Assembly: GCA_937871585.1 (NCBI GenBank)
Contig: CALMPJ010000203.1
Span: 3,963-67,962, forward strand
Direction of reading: 5' to 3'
DNA from: an uncultured Acidobacteriota bacterium
Lineage (GTDB): Bacteria > Acidobacteriota > Blastocatellia > Pyrinomonadales > Pyrinomonadaceae
Length of the DNA: 64,000 bases
The notes beneath the pieces are model-generated. The model was not told the DNA's origin. It ran no database searches and was given only the letters and a program-made list of their open reading frames with translations. The translations under genes and the position numbers were made by a program. This document shows, piece after piece, positions 7,624 to 16,862 of this stretch (position 1 is the first letter of the stretch; every line of letters begins with the position of its first letter).

Positions 7624-9846
7624 TTACTGCGCGAGCCGCAGGTGCGAGATATTCGGATTCTGCGAGATGACGCCTGCCGACGGCGGCAAGATGTTCTGCC
7701 AACGCGAGCGATCTAGAAGCAGTCTTTCGACGTCCGCAACCTTTAATGGTTTCGAGAACAAGTAACCCTGCCCGTATTCGCATCCGAGAATACGCAGTTG
7801 ATGGAATTGGTGAATACTCTCGATACCTTCGGCGACCACCTTCAGATTTAGTGCCTTAGCAAGAGCGATAACTGTTCGTACGATCTCACCGTTTTCGGTA
7901 TTGTCTTCCATTGCACTAACGAACGACCTATCAACCTTGAGCAGATCGATCGGGAATCGATGCAAGTAGCTGAGGCTTGAGTAGCCCGTACCGAAATCGT
8001 CGATGCTGATCTGAACGCCTGTTTCTTTGATCTGTTTCAACATCAAGATCGCGGTTTCCGCGTTTTCCATGACGGCGCTTTCAGTCAATTCAAGCTTTAG
8101 GCACTGTGGCGAGATGCCGCTTTCGGATATCACATCACGGATCTGCTCAACAAGATTCGGATGCGCAAAATGTTTGCCGGAAAGGTTGACGGCAACGCTG
8201 AGCGGTTGTCCGTTTTCGTTGAGTCCTTGCCATTTCACGATCTGCTCGCACGCCGAGTGCAAGATCTGGATCGTCATAGGAATGATCAGGCCTGTGCTTT
8301 CTGAGATCGGGATGAACTCGTTAGGCGGCACTAGGCCACGTTGCGGATGGTTCCATCTTACAAGAGCTTCGAATCCGATCAGTGTCGCGGATTCGAGACC
8401 GATGATCGGCTGATAGTAAAGCTCAAACTCCTTTCGCTCGATCGCAAAACGAAGATCTGTCTCCAGCTGCAGACGCGTGACGGCACGGACATGCATCTTC
8501 TGGTCAAAGATCACGTGGTTTTCATTGTGATCTTTGGCATGATACATCGCGATATCGGCGTCGCGCAAAACGTCTTCGGCCTCAGCATATTTCGAGTTTC
8601 CAAATGCTATGCCTATCTTTACGTCGGTGAATACCTGGCGTCCATCCAGCGTGTACGGCTCGGCAACACGCTTGGCGAGACGTTCCGAAAAAGCGGTTGC
8701 CTCGTCGCGCATCAATAGATCGGTGAGAATGATGCCGAACTTGTCACCGCTGAACCGACCGACCATGTCGTCTTCGCGGACCATGTTTGTAAGACGTTTC
8801 GCCACGTTCTTGATCAACCGATCGCCTATCGAGTGTCCGAGACTGTCGTTGATCGTCTTAAATCGATTTAGATCGAGAAGTAGAACCGCAAAATTTACCT
8901 CGCTGTTGTCTCGGCTCTGCTGAAGAAGAACCTTTAGTTTATCGAGGAAAAAGTTTCGATTCGGCAGGCCCGTCAGTGCGTCGTGATAGGCAGCATGGCG
9001 GAACTTTTCGTGGCTCTCCTGTAGAGCCTCGCTGCTGCGTTCGAGTTCTTCGACGTAGTGCTCAAGCTCTTGGATATGATTCTCAGCTTGTTCTGCACGT
9101 TCGCGTTCGCTCTTTTTCGCAAACTCATTCGAACGCCGAACGTCGTTAACAAAGTGCCGGAACGTCAGATACATGATCCCGAAGAATCCTACTATTGCTG
9201 TGATCAGGTAGATGTTTACCTGTTCGAGAGCCTTTAGCAAAACGCCGGCCATCAATGCACCGCTTAGGTACATTACGAGGGTGTCGAAACAATTCTCGAC
9301 CCATACCTTTGTGAATGGTTTGTCACTCTTTATCGTTGAAAAAACCGCGACAGCGATCGAATTGACCAAAAAGAGCGAGATCGCCATTACGGCCAGCAAC
9401 CAAACAAAGCTCGTGAAATCGTGGCGCTCGAGTATCACTTCGGTCGGTCCGAAAATGGTGGAGACTACATTTGCTGCGGCAAAAACGCTGATCGCGGCGA
9501 CCATCGAATTGAACAAGATCGTTCGTGGTTTGATCGTTACGCCTTGCCGATAGAGATTCAGAGAAGCGGCCGTCGTTTCGACGGTCGCAAGGAGCAATGC
9601 GAGTGGCCCGCCGTAAAGGATCATCACCAATATGACCAAAGCGTCGGAGATGGTCAGGTGAATGTTGATTCGGGGAAGCTGAATTCGCAAGAAGCAGCCG
9701 CAAAATATCGTAAGTGCCGCGATCGTGAAATAGCCCGAGTCCATACGCACCAGCGAATCGCTCACAAGCGCCCAGCCGAGCGCAAAGAGAGCGAGTGGCG
9801 CAAGTATCGCCATGTAAAGATTTATGAGCTTATCTTTATTGTCCAT
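7624..9846 (-). CDS. Membrane-anchored GGDEF-EAL protein, probably a c-di-GMP phosphodiesterase with a degenerate cyclase domain
   Basis: 740 aa with ~6 N-terminal TM helices and a coiled coil. The GGDEF position reads SGDKF, with RxxD (REDD) 5 residues upstream. The EAL domain is intact (EALVRW, DDFGTGYSSLSYL, KVDRSF). Confidence 0.9.
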   Translation of the reverse strand: MDNKDKLINLYMAILAPLALFALGWALVSDSLVRMDSGYFTIAALTIFCGCFLRIQLPRINIHLTISDALVILVMILYGGPLALLLATVETTAASLNLYRQGVTIKPRTILFNSMVAAISVFAAANVVSTIFGPTEVILERHDFTSFVWLLAVMAISLFLVNSIAVAVFSTIKSDKPFTKVWVENCFDTLVMYLSGALMAGVLLKALEQVNIYLITAIVGFFGIMYLTFRHFVNDVRRSNEFAKKSERERAEQAENHIQELEHYVEELERSSEALQESHEKFRHAAYHDALTGLPNRNFFLDKLKVLLQQSRDNSEVNFAVLLLDLNRFKTINDSLGHSIGDRLIKNVAKRLTNMVREDDMVGRFSGDKFGIILTDLLMRDEATAFSERLAKRVAEPYTLDGRQVFTDVKIGIAFGNSKYAEAEDVLRDADIAMYHAKDHNENHVIFDQKMHVRAVTRLQLETDLRFAIERKEFELYYQPIIGLESATLIGFEALVRWNHPQRGLVPPNEFIPISESTGLIIPMTIQILHSACEQIVKWQGLNENGQPLSVAVNLSGKHFAHPNLVEQIRDVISESGISPQCLKLELTESAVMENAETAILMLKQIKETGVQISIDDFGTGYSSLSYLHRFPIDLLKVDRSFVSAMEDNTENGEIVRTVIALAKALNLKVVAEGIESIHQFHQLRILGCEYGQGYLFSKPLKVADVERLLLDRSRWQNILPPSAGVISQNPNISHLRLAQ

Positions 9847-9993
9847 TCTGACCAGTGAGTAGGCCGGAAACCGCGAGCGAAGCGAAGATATTCTGGGAGT
9901 TTAAGTGAGATGAAAACTCTGCCGACAAGTATCGGCATTTGTAATCATACGTTAAACTTTGTTGTTTGCCAAGCAAAATCTTTCATTTATTCG

Positions 9994-10028
9994 TAAAAAA
10001 GAACGGCAGAATTTTGTACTGCCGTTCT
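9994..10028 (-). terminator. Rho-independent terminator downstream of the S8 peptidase gene
   Basis: On the minus strand: agaacggcag-tacaaaatt-ctgccgttct followed by TTTTTT. Confidence 0.6.
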
Positions 10029-10072
10029 CTCTTGTTCCGAGCGTTCGCCCAGTCGTCGTTGGGATCTCGAGG

Positions 10073-12601
10073 TTACTGTCCGTTCAAAACACCATCGCTG
10101 ACGATGAGTCCGTCACTGACGAGTAAACCGTCGCTTACTAACAGCCCGTCACTAACAAGCAATCCATCGGCTATTGTATTCAGATCGATCATTCCTTGGT
10201 CGGAACCAAATAGTTTGATCGAGCCGAACATTCGGCTGCCGCGATTGATCGTTTGATACCCGGATGGAGAGGCTCCGCTCGCGAGAACTGTACCATCACT
10301 CACGATCAGGCCGTCGCTCACCAGCAAACCGTCGCTGACCAAAAGCCCGTCGCTGACGAGCAATCCGTCGCTAACCAACAAACCGTCGCTGACGAGCAGG
10401 CCAAGACCGTAGATGTCCTGATACTTCATTATCAGATCGGTTCCGGTCATCGTTCCGTAGTTCGGCAGAATGCCGCCCGACCATTGGAACTTGGTCGTTG
10501 CGATCGTCGACGCGTGATCGGGAATGTTCGTAGTCGTCAACATCGGGTCGCCTGACTGAGTGTCCGAATTCATATCCTTGCGAACAAGTTTCGCGATCCG
10601 GATCGCACCTTCGACGTTCAACTGCCCGGCTCCTTGTTCAAGCACGTTGAAATTCGCAAGCGGCTGAGCGGTGTATTCGAGCAGCACCTTGACCATGTTT
10701 GGCGTCAGTTTCGGATTGACCTGCAGCATCAGAGCTGCTGTTCCGCTAACCATCGGCGTTGCCATCGAACTGCCCGATAGCCGCATCATCCTAGTAGCAC
10801 TGCTGCCGCTGCTGGTGACGTTTACCTGAAGGACAGGATTGTTTGCCAATATCGAGCTTTCATTGCTCGCGGCAGAAACGATACGATTTCCGGGAGCGAC
10901 GAGGTCAGGTTTGATCAGATGATCGTATACTTTCTCGCCCGATTCCGTATCCGTGTAAAAGGAACGTGTTGGCCCGCGAGAGCTGAACGTCGTGACGCCG
11001 TCATCTGCGCGCTGATCGGTCTGGAACGTATTCGACGCACCAACCGTCAAAACCGAAGGATCATTTCCCGGACTGTGAATAGCACCGTACAGCTTGTTAC
11101 CGGCCAGATCGCGGCCGGTGTTGCCTGCGGCTGCAACAACAACGATACCTGCATCAACGAGACGTCGAACAGCTCGGCAGAGCGGATCGTTCCTCCATGA
11201 TTCGATCGCAGGCGTTCCTAAGCTCAGATTTACGACCTTGATGCCGTTGCTGGAACGTCCGTTGTAGATCAATTCCAAGGCACGGATAAGGTTCTCAGTT
11301 GTGCCCGAACCGTTACGGTTGAGCACACGAATGTTGAAGATCTTAGCGTTCGTAGCTAGTCCATTGTAGTTCGCGAACTCATTTCGCTCACCGGTGCTTC
11401 CGGCTGCTATCGCGGCGACATGAGTACCATGTCCAAAAGGATCGCGTGCGACCGCATTCGTGTCAGAATCTCCGGTCAGATCCGCACGTCGAGCAACGCG
11501 ACTGGTGTTGGTCGATGAATAGAACGAATGGTGCTCCTCGTATATACCTGAATCTAGGATCGCAATTCCAATGCCGGTGCCGTCGATCTTCGACGTGGAC
11601 GTTGTGGATATGTTTATCGGAAGTCCAAGGGCGTTGACACCAAGTACGGTCGTCGTTTGCGTCCAGTTTCGGATAAGAGAAGCTCCGGTCGTTGCTTCTA
11701 CGTGACCGAGCTTTACGATCGGACGGTCAAGCGAAAGGTGTTTTGCCGAATCCAATGCCGCAATTGCCTCAGCGGCCCGCAGCGGCATCTCGATCGCCAT
11801 CATTTCGAACGATTCGGCCCGGGTTGAGATAATTACGCCGTTCTTGTTGAGAACACTGACGAGCCGTGGATCGTTCAGATCGTCCGATTGCAAAATAACC
11901 TTTACGGTCCTATTTTGATCGGCGCCGGCCATCAATTCTCTGAGATCAGGTGAGATCTTGTCTCCTACAAACGAATCGTCGTTGCCCTTTGCCAACGCGA
12001 TCTGCTCGAACGTGTTTCGCAGCTTAGCGTCCTCTGTAACGGTAGCTTCGAATTCGGTCGACTTGGCTGCTGTAAAGATCGAGATCTTGCCGTCAATGGC
12101 GGCTTGTCTTAGCACTTCCGATGCTATAGGGCCAAACATTGCGTTTTGCTGCGATATCGCTGCAAGGTCATCCAGATAGATCGCCGTTTTCTCGGCTTTG
12201 GCCGTAGCAACCACTTTCTCAAGCTCAGACCTGAGCTCTTCATCGCTCCTCACGTTGGAGAAAAGGTTACGCCATTCGATCCTGACCATTCGGCGACCGC
12301 TACTTTCGAGTCGTGCTGCTAGTGAGCTGAGAACGCCGTCTCGGGCGTAACCATACTCGTCGATCAGCACGACGCTCTTTCCTTTGCCGCTGATGACACG
12401 AGCCGCCGAATCCGATTCGCGATCGAATTGCGGCTTTGCGTGACCTGCGACCAAGCTTACGTAGTTGTTTGCATCTGTCGTTTGGCTAGTTGTGCGGTCA
12501 CCGACGCGGACACCTTTGGCATCCTGGCCAAAGGCTCCAACCGGCAACAGCATCGCACTGACCAGAACGGCAGCAAGCAACTTTGCGGTTTGCTTATTCA
12601 T
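10073..12601 (-). CDS. Exported subtilisin-family (S8) serine peptidase with an N-terminal Clp-like module, an I9-like propeptide and C-terminal GLLVSD repeats
   Basis: 842 aa with a Sec signal (MNKQTAKLLAAVLVSAMLLPVGAFGQ). The catalytic triad contexts are DSGIYEEHHSF, HGTHVAAIAAG and SGSSMATPMVSGTAALM. GAGGA lies upstream. Confidence 0.85.
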   Translation of the reverse strand: MNKQTAKLLAAVLVSAMLLPVGAFGQDAKGVRVGDRTTSQTTDANNYVSLVAGHAKPQFDRESDSAARVISGKGKSVVLIDEYGYARDGVLSSLAARLESSGRRMVRIEWRNLFSNVRSDEELRSELEKVVATAKAEKTAIYLDDLAAISQQNAMFGPIASEVLRQAAIDGKISIFTAAKSTEFEATVTEDAKLRNTFEQIALAKGNDDSFVGDKISPDLRELMAGADQNRTVKVILQSDDLNDPRLVSVLNKNGVIISTRAESFEMMAIEMPLRAAEAIAALDSAKHLSLDRPIVKLGHVEATTGASLIRNWTQTTTVLGVNALGLPINISTTSTSKIDGTGIGIAILDSGIYEEHHSFYSSTNTSRVARRADLTGDSDTNAVARDPFGHGTHVAAIAAGSTGERNEFANYNGLATNAKIFNIRVLNRNGSGTTENLIRALELIYNGRSSNGIKVVNLSLGTPAIESWRNDPLCRAVRRLVDAGIVVVAAAGNTGRDLAGNKLYGAIHSPGNDPSVLTVGASNTFQTDQRADDGVTTFSSRGPTRSFYTDTESGEKVYDHLIKPDLVAPGNRIVSAASNESSILANNPVLQVNVTSSGSSATRMMRLSGSSMATPMVSGTAALMLQVNPKLTPNMVKVLLEYTAQPLANFNVLEQGAGQLNVEGAIRIAKLVRKDMNSDTQSGDPMLTTTNIPDHASTIATTKFQWSGGILPNYGTMTGTDLIMKYQDIYGLGLLVSDGLLVSDGLLVSDGLLVSDGLLVSDGLIVSDGTVLASGASPSGYQTINRGSRMFGSIKLFGSDQGMIDLNTIADGLLVSDGLLVSDGLLVSDGLIVSDGVLNGQ
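10091..10168 (-). repeat. Hexapeptide array DGL(L/I)VS x4 at the C-terminus of the S8 peptidase
   Basis: 18-bp periodicity. The peptide is conserved while the codons differ between units. Confidence 0.9.
10292..10402 (-). repeat. Hexapeptide array GL(L/I)VSD x6 in the S8 peptidase
   Basis: 18-bp periodicity with synonymous differences between units. It is separated from the distal array by a 41-aa spacer. Confidence 0.9.
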
Positions 12602-12787
12602 AATTCCTCAAAAAAGGCACAAAACTTACAACAGAGCGGGGCAATGCTCGCGATGAATACTGCAACGGATGTGCCATCGGCATTGAAGCACGTAAGTTAC
12701 TGTAAATAAGAATGTTACGGTGTTCTGGCTGTTGTCCGGGACGGGAAGTATCGTTCAAAATGACCGAAAGTATCGGTCAGATCGAAC

Positions 12788-12820
12788 AAAAAAAAGGCCG
12801 CCCGTTTTGCGGACAGCCTT
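12788..12820 (-). terminator. Probable rho-independent terminator after the DUF1501 gene
   Basis: On the minus strand: aaggctgtccgc-aaaa-cgggcggcctt (imperfect stem) followed by T8. Confidence 0.5.
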
Positions 12821-12843
12821 AATAGATGAATGAGCCATTGAAA

Positions 12844-14370
12844 TTACGGCATCATAAAGTCGAGCGCGGAATTTGATCCCGGGAAGAACTGCAGGTTCGG
12901 GAACACTGCATTTAGCGTGGTCGCGTCCTGCGGCAGTCCGTACCATTTCGCAAGCGTAGCCGCGTATTGATCTACCGAAGTTGTCGGGAGCCAACGTCCG
13001 CGGGCACCTGAGCCGCTATCGACGTCGTCCGGACCGGCGAAAGTGAAAGTAGGGAAGTAATCTCCGCTGCCATCAGGACGCCTGCTTCCGTAGAAATCGC
13101 CGCCGATAACTGAGCCGCCCATGACGAGCATATGGTTGCCCCAAGCGTGATCCGAACCAACGGTCGCACCGGAACCTGCCGGATTGAACGTACGGTTGAA
13201 ATCAGACAGCGTGAATATAGTCACGGCTTCCTGCATATTGTCACCGCCGCCGGTCGTTTGAGCTGCCATTTCATCCCAAAACGAACGAAGAGCCTGGCTG
13301 ACCTGTCCGAACAAAGTATTCTGGCCACCGAGTTGATTCGAGTGAGTGTCGAAACCACCGATCTGAACGTAAAATATCTGACGTGTCGTGCTCAACGCAG
13401 TTCGATTCTTGACCAGTCTGGCTACCTGACGAAGCTGACGGCCGATGCCCGTATTCGGGAATGCCACTGTCGTGTCCTGCGACGTCTGAAACGCAGTGTC
13501 CGCAGCGATCGCTTGATCAGTGACCAAGCTTGCGGCACGCAAGTGATTCGACGTAAGTAGATCCTGCTGACGAAGCTGATTGAACGCCGTAAATCGCGTC
13601 AGGTTCGTGCCTGTTACTGGATTACCGTAGCCGGCCGGATGCAGTACATTCGCCAATGTCGTATTCGAATCGGCAATTGCAAGCGGCAGCGTGGTTTGAC
13701 CGGCCGTAAACAATTGAGCACCTGAGATCGATGTGATCATCGGGATAAGCGGCCCAGCCTGAGTCATACGGTCGGAAATACGGCCGCCCATACCGGTGAA
13801 CGCCTGCGTTCCGGCAAATCCGGCCTGCGACTGAGCAACCTGATCCGAATGCGAAAACATCTGGTACGGCTTTGGCACCGAACCATTCTGGTACTGAGCC
13901 TTTGTCATCGGACGCACGAGGTTCCCGACGTTGACGACAGCGGCAAGCTTTCCTTGTGCCCAAAGCTCGTGGATACCGTTATTGATACCGCCGGTGATGG
14001 GACCAAAATTCGGATGCAATCCATATTGCAGGCCGCCCATTCGCGGAACGGTGATCGGCAAAGCCGCAGGATTTGTTCCCTGGCCGTGTGCCAAGCCTTG
14101 CGTGCCGCGAGCGGCTACATATTGATCGTAATTGCTCACCGACGCATCGGAGTGCATCGGAATGATCATATTGTTGCCGTCATTGCCGCCGGCAAAATAC
14201 AGCAGCACTAGGGCTTTGTAGGTAGTGCCAAGGTTCGATTCGCCGGTGTCGTGGGCCTGCTGGGCCAACGCACTGATGGTGCCGAGGTGCTGCATCTGGG
14301 TAGCCAGAGACACCATTCCGAGGGCACAGCCGCCCGATTTTTTCAGAAATTCGCGTCTTGATTCTTTCAT
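12844..14370 (-). CDS. DUF1501 family protein (sulfatase-fold) with a Tat signal
   Basis: MKESRREFLKKSGGCALG gives the twin-arginine signal. GGFDTHSNQ, SDFNRT and GSDHAWGN are DUF1501 hallmarks. Confidence 0.85.
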   Translation of the reverse strand: MKESRREFLKKSGGCALGMVSLATQMQHLGTISALAQQAHDTGESNLGTTYKALVLLYFAGGNDGNNMIIPMHSDASVSNYDQYVAARGTQGLAHGQGTNPAALPITVPRMGGLQYGLHPNFGPITGGINNGIHELWAQGKLAAVVNVGNLVRPMTKAQYQNGSVPKPYQMFSHSDQVAQSQAGFAGTQAFTGMGGRISDRMTQAGPLIPMITSISGAQLFTAGQTTLPLAIADSNTTLANVLHPAGYGNPVTGTNLTRFTAFNQLRQQDLLTSNHLRAASLVTDQAIAADTAFQTSQDTTVAFPNTGIGRQLRQVARLVKNRTALSTTRQIFYVQIGGFDTHSNQLGGQNTLFGQVSQALRSFWDEMAAQTTGGGDNMQEAVTIFTLSDFNRTFNPAGSGATVGSDHAWGNHMLVMGGSVIGGDFYGSRRPDGSGDYFPTFTFAGPDDVDSGSGARGRWLPTTSVDQYAATLAKWYGLPQDATTLNAVFPNLQFFPGSNSALDFMMP

Positions 14371-14375
14371 GTTAG

Positions 14376-16658
14376 TTACCTCTGCACCTGATACTGCGAC
14401 GAAGTCGCAACCAAATAAATAGCCGTACGAGCCCTCAGCGTCGGGTTATTCGACGCGATCGAGGTTATCGCCGGCAAGATCGTGTTCTTCATCGCCGTTG
14501 ACATCTGTCCGTGCATCATTCGGCGATTAAGCTCGTCGAGCAATGCGTTGCCGGAAACGTCATTTGTCGCAAGTGTGATCATGTCGTCGATGGTTATTCC
14601 TGTTCCGGTTGGATAGTCAGGAACTGCGGCCGCGATCGGAGTTGCGTTCATGATCATTCGATTCATAAAGTTCGAACGCTGGATCGCCGTGCCTGTGTTC
14701 ATCAACGCGAATTCAGGCCCGAGGAACGCCGTTCCCGGAACGATGTAATCCGGCGGATAGAAGTTGAAAACCGTCGGTGACAAGAATGGAATTTGTGACA
14801 TTCCTACAAATTCATTGACGAGACCATTTGTCTGTCGACCGGCGATCGCACCAAACGATCCATCGCTAAGGGTGCCAACAACAGCTCCGCGAACACCGAA
14901 TTCACGCAATACAGACGTTGTGAACAAGACAGGCTCACGCAGTTTGCCAAATAACGGATCGGTCTTCACGTCACCACGAGCCTCTGGATCAAGCAGGATC
15001 GCTTTAACCACTTCTTTCAATTGCGTCGGGCTTGATCGATTTGCATTGAATACGGTAGCCACACGGCCAACATATGCCGGAGTCGGGTCGCTTGTGACAA
15101 GATGTTGGATCAGGATCTTGCTGACGAACGGGCCAACATTCGGATGATCGTAAATATTCGTAAGAGCGGTGTTCAGCGAATTGTCAGCGTAGGTCTGAAT
15201 ATTCGGCAGTGTTGTACAATTTCCGCACGCTGCGATGGTCGTCGTAGTCGATCCGGGATATGTCAACAATGACTTTGCCGTGAGATCGTGGCGATTATTA
15301 TTGACGTTTGTGATGCCCGGATTCAAGATCATCGGATCGACATAATTTACCGCGCCTGATGCAAGATTGCTACAGGCCGGATTTGTCGCCACGTTGCAGA
15401 ATGACCAACCTGTCAATACCTTAGTCAGGTCGTTAACAACTGCCTGATCGTACGTCGGGATCGGATTGTTTTGAGCGTCGAGCTGCAAGGTTCCGTCGTT
15501 GTTCATTCTAAACAAGCCAACCGCAAAAAGCTGCATGATCTCGCGAGCGTAATTCTCATTAGGATTCGTTCGTGTCGAGATCGCCATGTCCAGATAGTTG
15601 CCCATCGCCGGATTTAGCGTTACTTTGCGCAAAATATCTTTGTAATTTCCAAAAGCATTGTCGCCAAGGATCTGATAAAACTCCATCATATGGCGACCCT
15701 GTTGGACATCTACACCTGACGTAACCACGATCTGTGACAATGCCCAGGCAGTACGATGACGGAGCTGAGCTTCGCCATAATAGGCCTCTTGCATGAACCA
15801 TGTGCGTGGCCGATACATCGAGTATGTGTCTCGGAAACAGGTTACCGGGACGTCATCAGCTCCACCGTCACAAAGCGGATCACCGGCGGTGTTCTGCGGC
15901 TTCATCGGATCCTTTGGATAAGGGTTAGCCGAAGGATACGGAGCCTCAAACTGCTCAGCTAACCAAGTTCTCAACCCAATACGACGTACACGGTCATCAA
16001 GCGTGACAGTCGGGCCGAATGTTGCCTGTTCGAGCAGTCTTCGACGATCACTTGACCAACGATAGCCGACAAGGCTTGCGTCATTCTGACGTTCCTTCGC
16101 GATAGTAGTGCCGATCGGGGCCGGGACGCCATTTGGGATCTCGCCAACGCCGCCGCCCATTTGGCCGAGGCCAAGTTTCAGCGTGTTACTTGCGAGTCCA
16201 CGCCATGTAATGAAAATGGCAAGATCGCCGTCGGCTGCCGGTGCATCCCAATATCGGAGTTCATCGGTCAGAACGGTGCCAAGAGCCCAAATATTGCGGG
16301 CATCTGCGACGGGCTGTAGATCGGTTGTAGGGAAGCGATAGTATTTGCCGCGTTTGTCGATCGCATAAACGCGAAACGCATTTGCACCTTCGCCCTTTAG
16401 CAGCTTGACGTTGGTCAAATACAAAGCAATTCGAGTGTTTGGCTCAAAAGCCTGCGACTCGATCCGTTTGATGTAGTATTTGCCATTGCCGCTTTCCGGC
16501 GAAGCTAATGCCCGCGTGGTCGAACTTTCGCTGAGCAAAATAGGCGTCGGCGAGTTCGGGTCCGTATCTTCCTGAGCAAATGCGGCCGTTGCAGCAAGTG
16601 CCAGCGACAAAAATGCAGTCGGTATCCGCATCAATATGCGCGATTGTCTGCTATTCAT
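14376..16658 (-). CDS. DUF1800 family protein with a ~180-aa N-terminal extension
   Basis: 760 aa with a signal peptide. LLEQATFGPT and the following region are typical of DUF1800. It forms the canonical pair with the downstream DUF1501 gene (5-nt gap). Confidence 0.85.
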   Translation of the reverse strand: MNSRQSRILMRIPTAFLSLALAATAAFAQEDTDPNSPTPILLSESSTTRALASPESGNGKYYIKRIESQAFEPNTRIALYLTNVKLLKGEGANAFRVYAIDKRGKYYRFPTTDLQPVADARNIWALGTVLTDELRYWDAPAADGDLAIFITWRGLASNTLKLGLGQMGGGVGEIPNGVPAPIGTTIAKERQNDASLVGYRWSSDRRRLLEQATFGPTVTLDDRVRRIGLRTWLAEQFEAPYPSANPYPKDPMKPQNTAGDPLCDGGADDVPVTCFRDTYSMYRPRTWFMQEAYYGEAQLRHRTAWALSQIVVTSGVDVQQGRHMMEFYQILGDNAFGNYKDILRKVTLNPAMGNYLDMAISTRTNPNENYAREIMQLFAVGLFRMNNDGTLQLDAQNNPIPTYDQAVVNDLTKVLTGWSFCNVATNPACSNLASGAVNYVDPMILNPGITNVNNNRHDLTAKSLLTYPGSTTTTIAACGNCTTLPNIQTYADNSLNTALTNIYDHPNVGPFVSKILIQHLVTSDPTPAYVGRVATVFNANRSSPTQLKEVVKAILLDPEARGDVKTDPLFGKLREPVLFTTSVLREFGVRGAVVGTLSDGSFGAIAGRQTNGLVNEFVGMSQIPFLSPTVFNFYPPDYIVPGTAFLGPEFALMNTGTAIQRSNFMNRMIMNATPIAAAVPDYPTGTGITIDDMITLATNDVSGNALLDELNRRMMHGQMSTAMKNTILPAITSIASNNPTLRARTAIYLVATSSQYQVQR

Positions 16659-16862
16659 AGCTTTCCCTCCAAAAGAACTATCAATTGTGTGCTAAACGAG
16701 AACCAATGATCTGCGGAACGTTTGACCGTACAAAAATGTTTTACAACAACTAAAGATACACGAAATCGGCGATCTTAACAAGCAAAAAATCTGCGGTGAC
16801 TTTTTGTGGATTTCGTTCAGCATAAATAAGACGATCTTAGACCGAATTTAGCCGAAAAAAGA

